From an uncultured Gammaproteobacteria bacterium (GTDB taxonomy: Bacteria > Patescibacteriota > Microgenomatia > UBA8517), in assembly GCA_964645605.1 (NCBI GenBank), contig CAZYCE010000003.1, positions 1 to 55,134 on the forward strand: a DNA stretch of 55,134 bases, in the 5' to 3' direction. Shown one piece after another: positions 53,548 to 55,134 of this stretch (position 1 is its first letter; each line of letters begins with the position of its first letter). Below the pieces are notes generated by a model. The model was not told the DNA's origin, did not search any database, and saw only the letters and a list, made by a program, of their open reading frames with translations. Position numbers and translations under genes: made by a program.

Positions 53548-55134
53548 ATGTTAAAACTGTTAAAATTTTTTAGGCACTACCTCTGGCAAATAATTCTTGC
53601 GGTCGTATTCACATATCTCCAAGTAATGACCAATCTGAGACTTCCCGACTACATGGCCAAGATTGTAAATGAAGGAATATTACTACAGAATAATTCAATA
53701 ATTTTCCACTACGGGTTGATAATGATTCTTGTTACGTTGGCCGGTGTTATATGTGCCGTCGTCTCGGGATTTCTGGCGGCAAAAATTTCCACCGGTTTTG
53801 CCAGGGATGTCAGAGTGAAAGTTTTTGAAAAGATTGAAAGTTTTTCAATAAACGAGTTTAACAATTTTTCTACGGCATCTCTTATTACCAGGTCTACGAA
53901 TGATGTCCAGCAGATGCAAACATTAGTTTTTATGTCGTTTAGATTAATGCTTATTGCCCCCCTGACTGCAATCGGAGCTTTACAAAACGCACTTGCTAAT
54001 GCGCCGTCAATGAGCTGGATAATAGGAGTAAGTGTCCTTGCTCTTTTTGCTATTACAGCAACCTTATTTATATTTGGTGTACCAAAATTTACGCTTGTTC
54101 AGAAACTTCTGGACAAACTGAATCTTGTAACAAGAGAGAATCTAACGGGTCTTCGTGTTGTAAGGGCCTTCAATAATGAAGAAAAAGAGGAAGAAAAATT
54201 TCAAAATGTTAATCGCGATTTAACCGATATCAGTTTGTTTGTGAACAGACTCATATCAATTTTGCAGCCGTCGATGGGGTTAATACTAAATTTTTCCGTA
54301 ATAGCAATTATCTGGTTTGCCGCCAACCCTATCAGTGAAGGCAATCTTCAAATAGGAAACATGATTGCCTTCATACAATATTCAACGCAAGTAATTACCT
54401 CGTTTTTAATGATCTCAATAATTTTTATTATGATACCAAGGGCCTCCGTTTCGGGTACAAGAATAGCCGAGGTGTTATCAACAGAACCTACCATTAAAGA
54501 TCCCAAAAAAGCCGTTCGTCCCAACAAAAACGGTAGGGGAAAAATTGAGTTTAAAGACGTCACTTTTGCATACCCAAAGGCCGACTTACCGGTACTTACG
54601 GATATAAATTTTACGGCGGAGCCGGGTAAAATTACTGCCTTTATCGGAAGTACCGGAAGTGGGAAAACAACGCTTATTAACCTCATTCCGCGCTTTTATG
54701 ACGTTACCGCAGGGCAAATTCTTTTGGACGATGTAGATATTCGGGATTTAAAATTGAAAGATCTATACAGCCAAATCGGTTATGTTCCGCAAAAGGGAGT
54801 GCTTTTTTCGGGAACAGTCAAAGACAACATAAGCTATGGCAATAAAGGACTTGGCCTCGCAGAAATTAAAAAATTTGCCTCTATTGCCCAAGCGGATGAA
54901 TTTGTAAATAAACTTCCTAAGAAATTTGAAAATTATATCTCTCAGGGCGGCGCAAACGTTTCAGGTGGTCAAAAACAAAGGCTCTCAATTGCCAGGGCTT
55001 TGGCGGTCAAACCAAAAATTTATATTTTTGACGATTCTTTTTCGGCGCTTGATTTCAAAACCGACAAGGAACTCCGAAAAGCGCTATTTGCGGAAACCAG
55101 AAACAGTACTGTTTTAATAGTCGGCCAAAGAATC
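53548..55134 (+). CDS. ABC exporter, fused permease plus ATPase, 3'-truncated by window edge (absent from ORF track)
   Basis: MLKLLKFF...LPDYMAKIVNEG; GSTGSGKTT; VSGGQKQRL; FDDSFSALD (degenerate Walker B, heterodimer-type). Confidence 0.93.
   Translation, partial: MLKLLKFFRHYLWQIILAVVFTYLQVMTNLRLPDYMAKIVNEGILLQNNSIIFHYGLIMILVTLAGVICAVVSGFLAAKISTGFARDVRVKVFEKIESFSINEFNNFSTASLITRSTNDVQQMQTLVFMSFRLMLIAPLTAIGALQNALANAPSMSWIIGVSVLALFAITATLFIFGVPKFTLVQKLLDKLNLVTRENLTGLRVVRAFNNEEKEEEKFQNVNRDLTDISLFVNRLISILQPSMGLILNFSVIAIIWFAANPISEGNLQIGNMIAFIQYSTQVITSFLMISIIFIMIPRASVSGTRIAEVLSTEPTIKDPKKAVRPNKNGRGKIEFKDVTFAYPKADLPVLTDINFTAEPGKITAFIGSTGSGKTTLINLIPRFYDVTAGQILLDDVDIRDLKLKDLYSQIGYVPQKGVLFSGTVKDNISYGNKGLGLAEIKKFASIAQADEFVNKLPKKFENYISQGGANVSGGQKQRLSIARALAVKPKIYIFDDSFSALDFKTDKELRKALFAETRNSTVLIVGQRI

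Noticed and set aside
126-55117. Numerous 60-140 aa ORFs overlapping called genes on either strand
   Set aside because: Lie within or antisense to well-supported genes and lack motifs or start signals

Overview
Low-GC bacterial chromosome segment, inferred to be Patescibacteria/CPR (Microgenomates-like) from the missing rpmD (L30), the gene repertoire and short genes. Bases 1-15 kb hold the spc/alpha ribosomal-protein superoperon (rpsQ to rpsI). A ~4 kb island of eight small accessory genes splits it between rplO and secY. The rest is housekeeping genes (recA, recX, rny, HU, miaA, rnpB, pyrH, dtd, nth, secDF, cca, recJ, aspS, gltX, tRNA-Pro) mixed with accessory genes, four decayed genes and a probable prophage relic. 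The most notable non-gene signals are: (1) a cassette-like array in which consecutive genes start 6 nt after a repeated 29-30 bp sigma70 promoter module (two copies identical); (2) pervasive leaderless-type gene starts, calibrated internally by rnpB; (3) a dispersed family of 7-bp-periodic repeats, one building a complete promoter and two lying inside recJ and gltX; (4) a three-way-junction leader upstream of an RNase Y that lacks its membrane anchor. Product calls come from motif recognition only; no database search was run.
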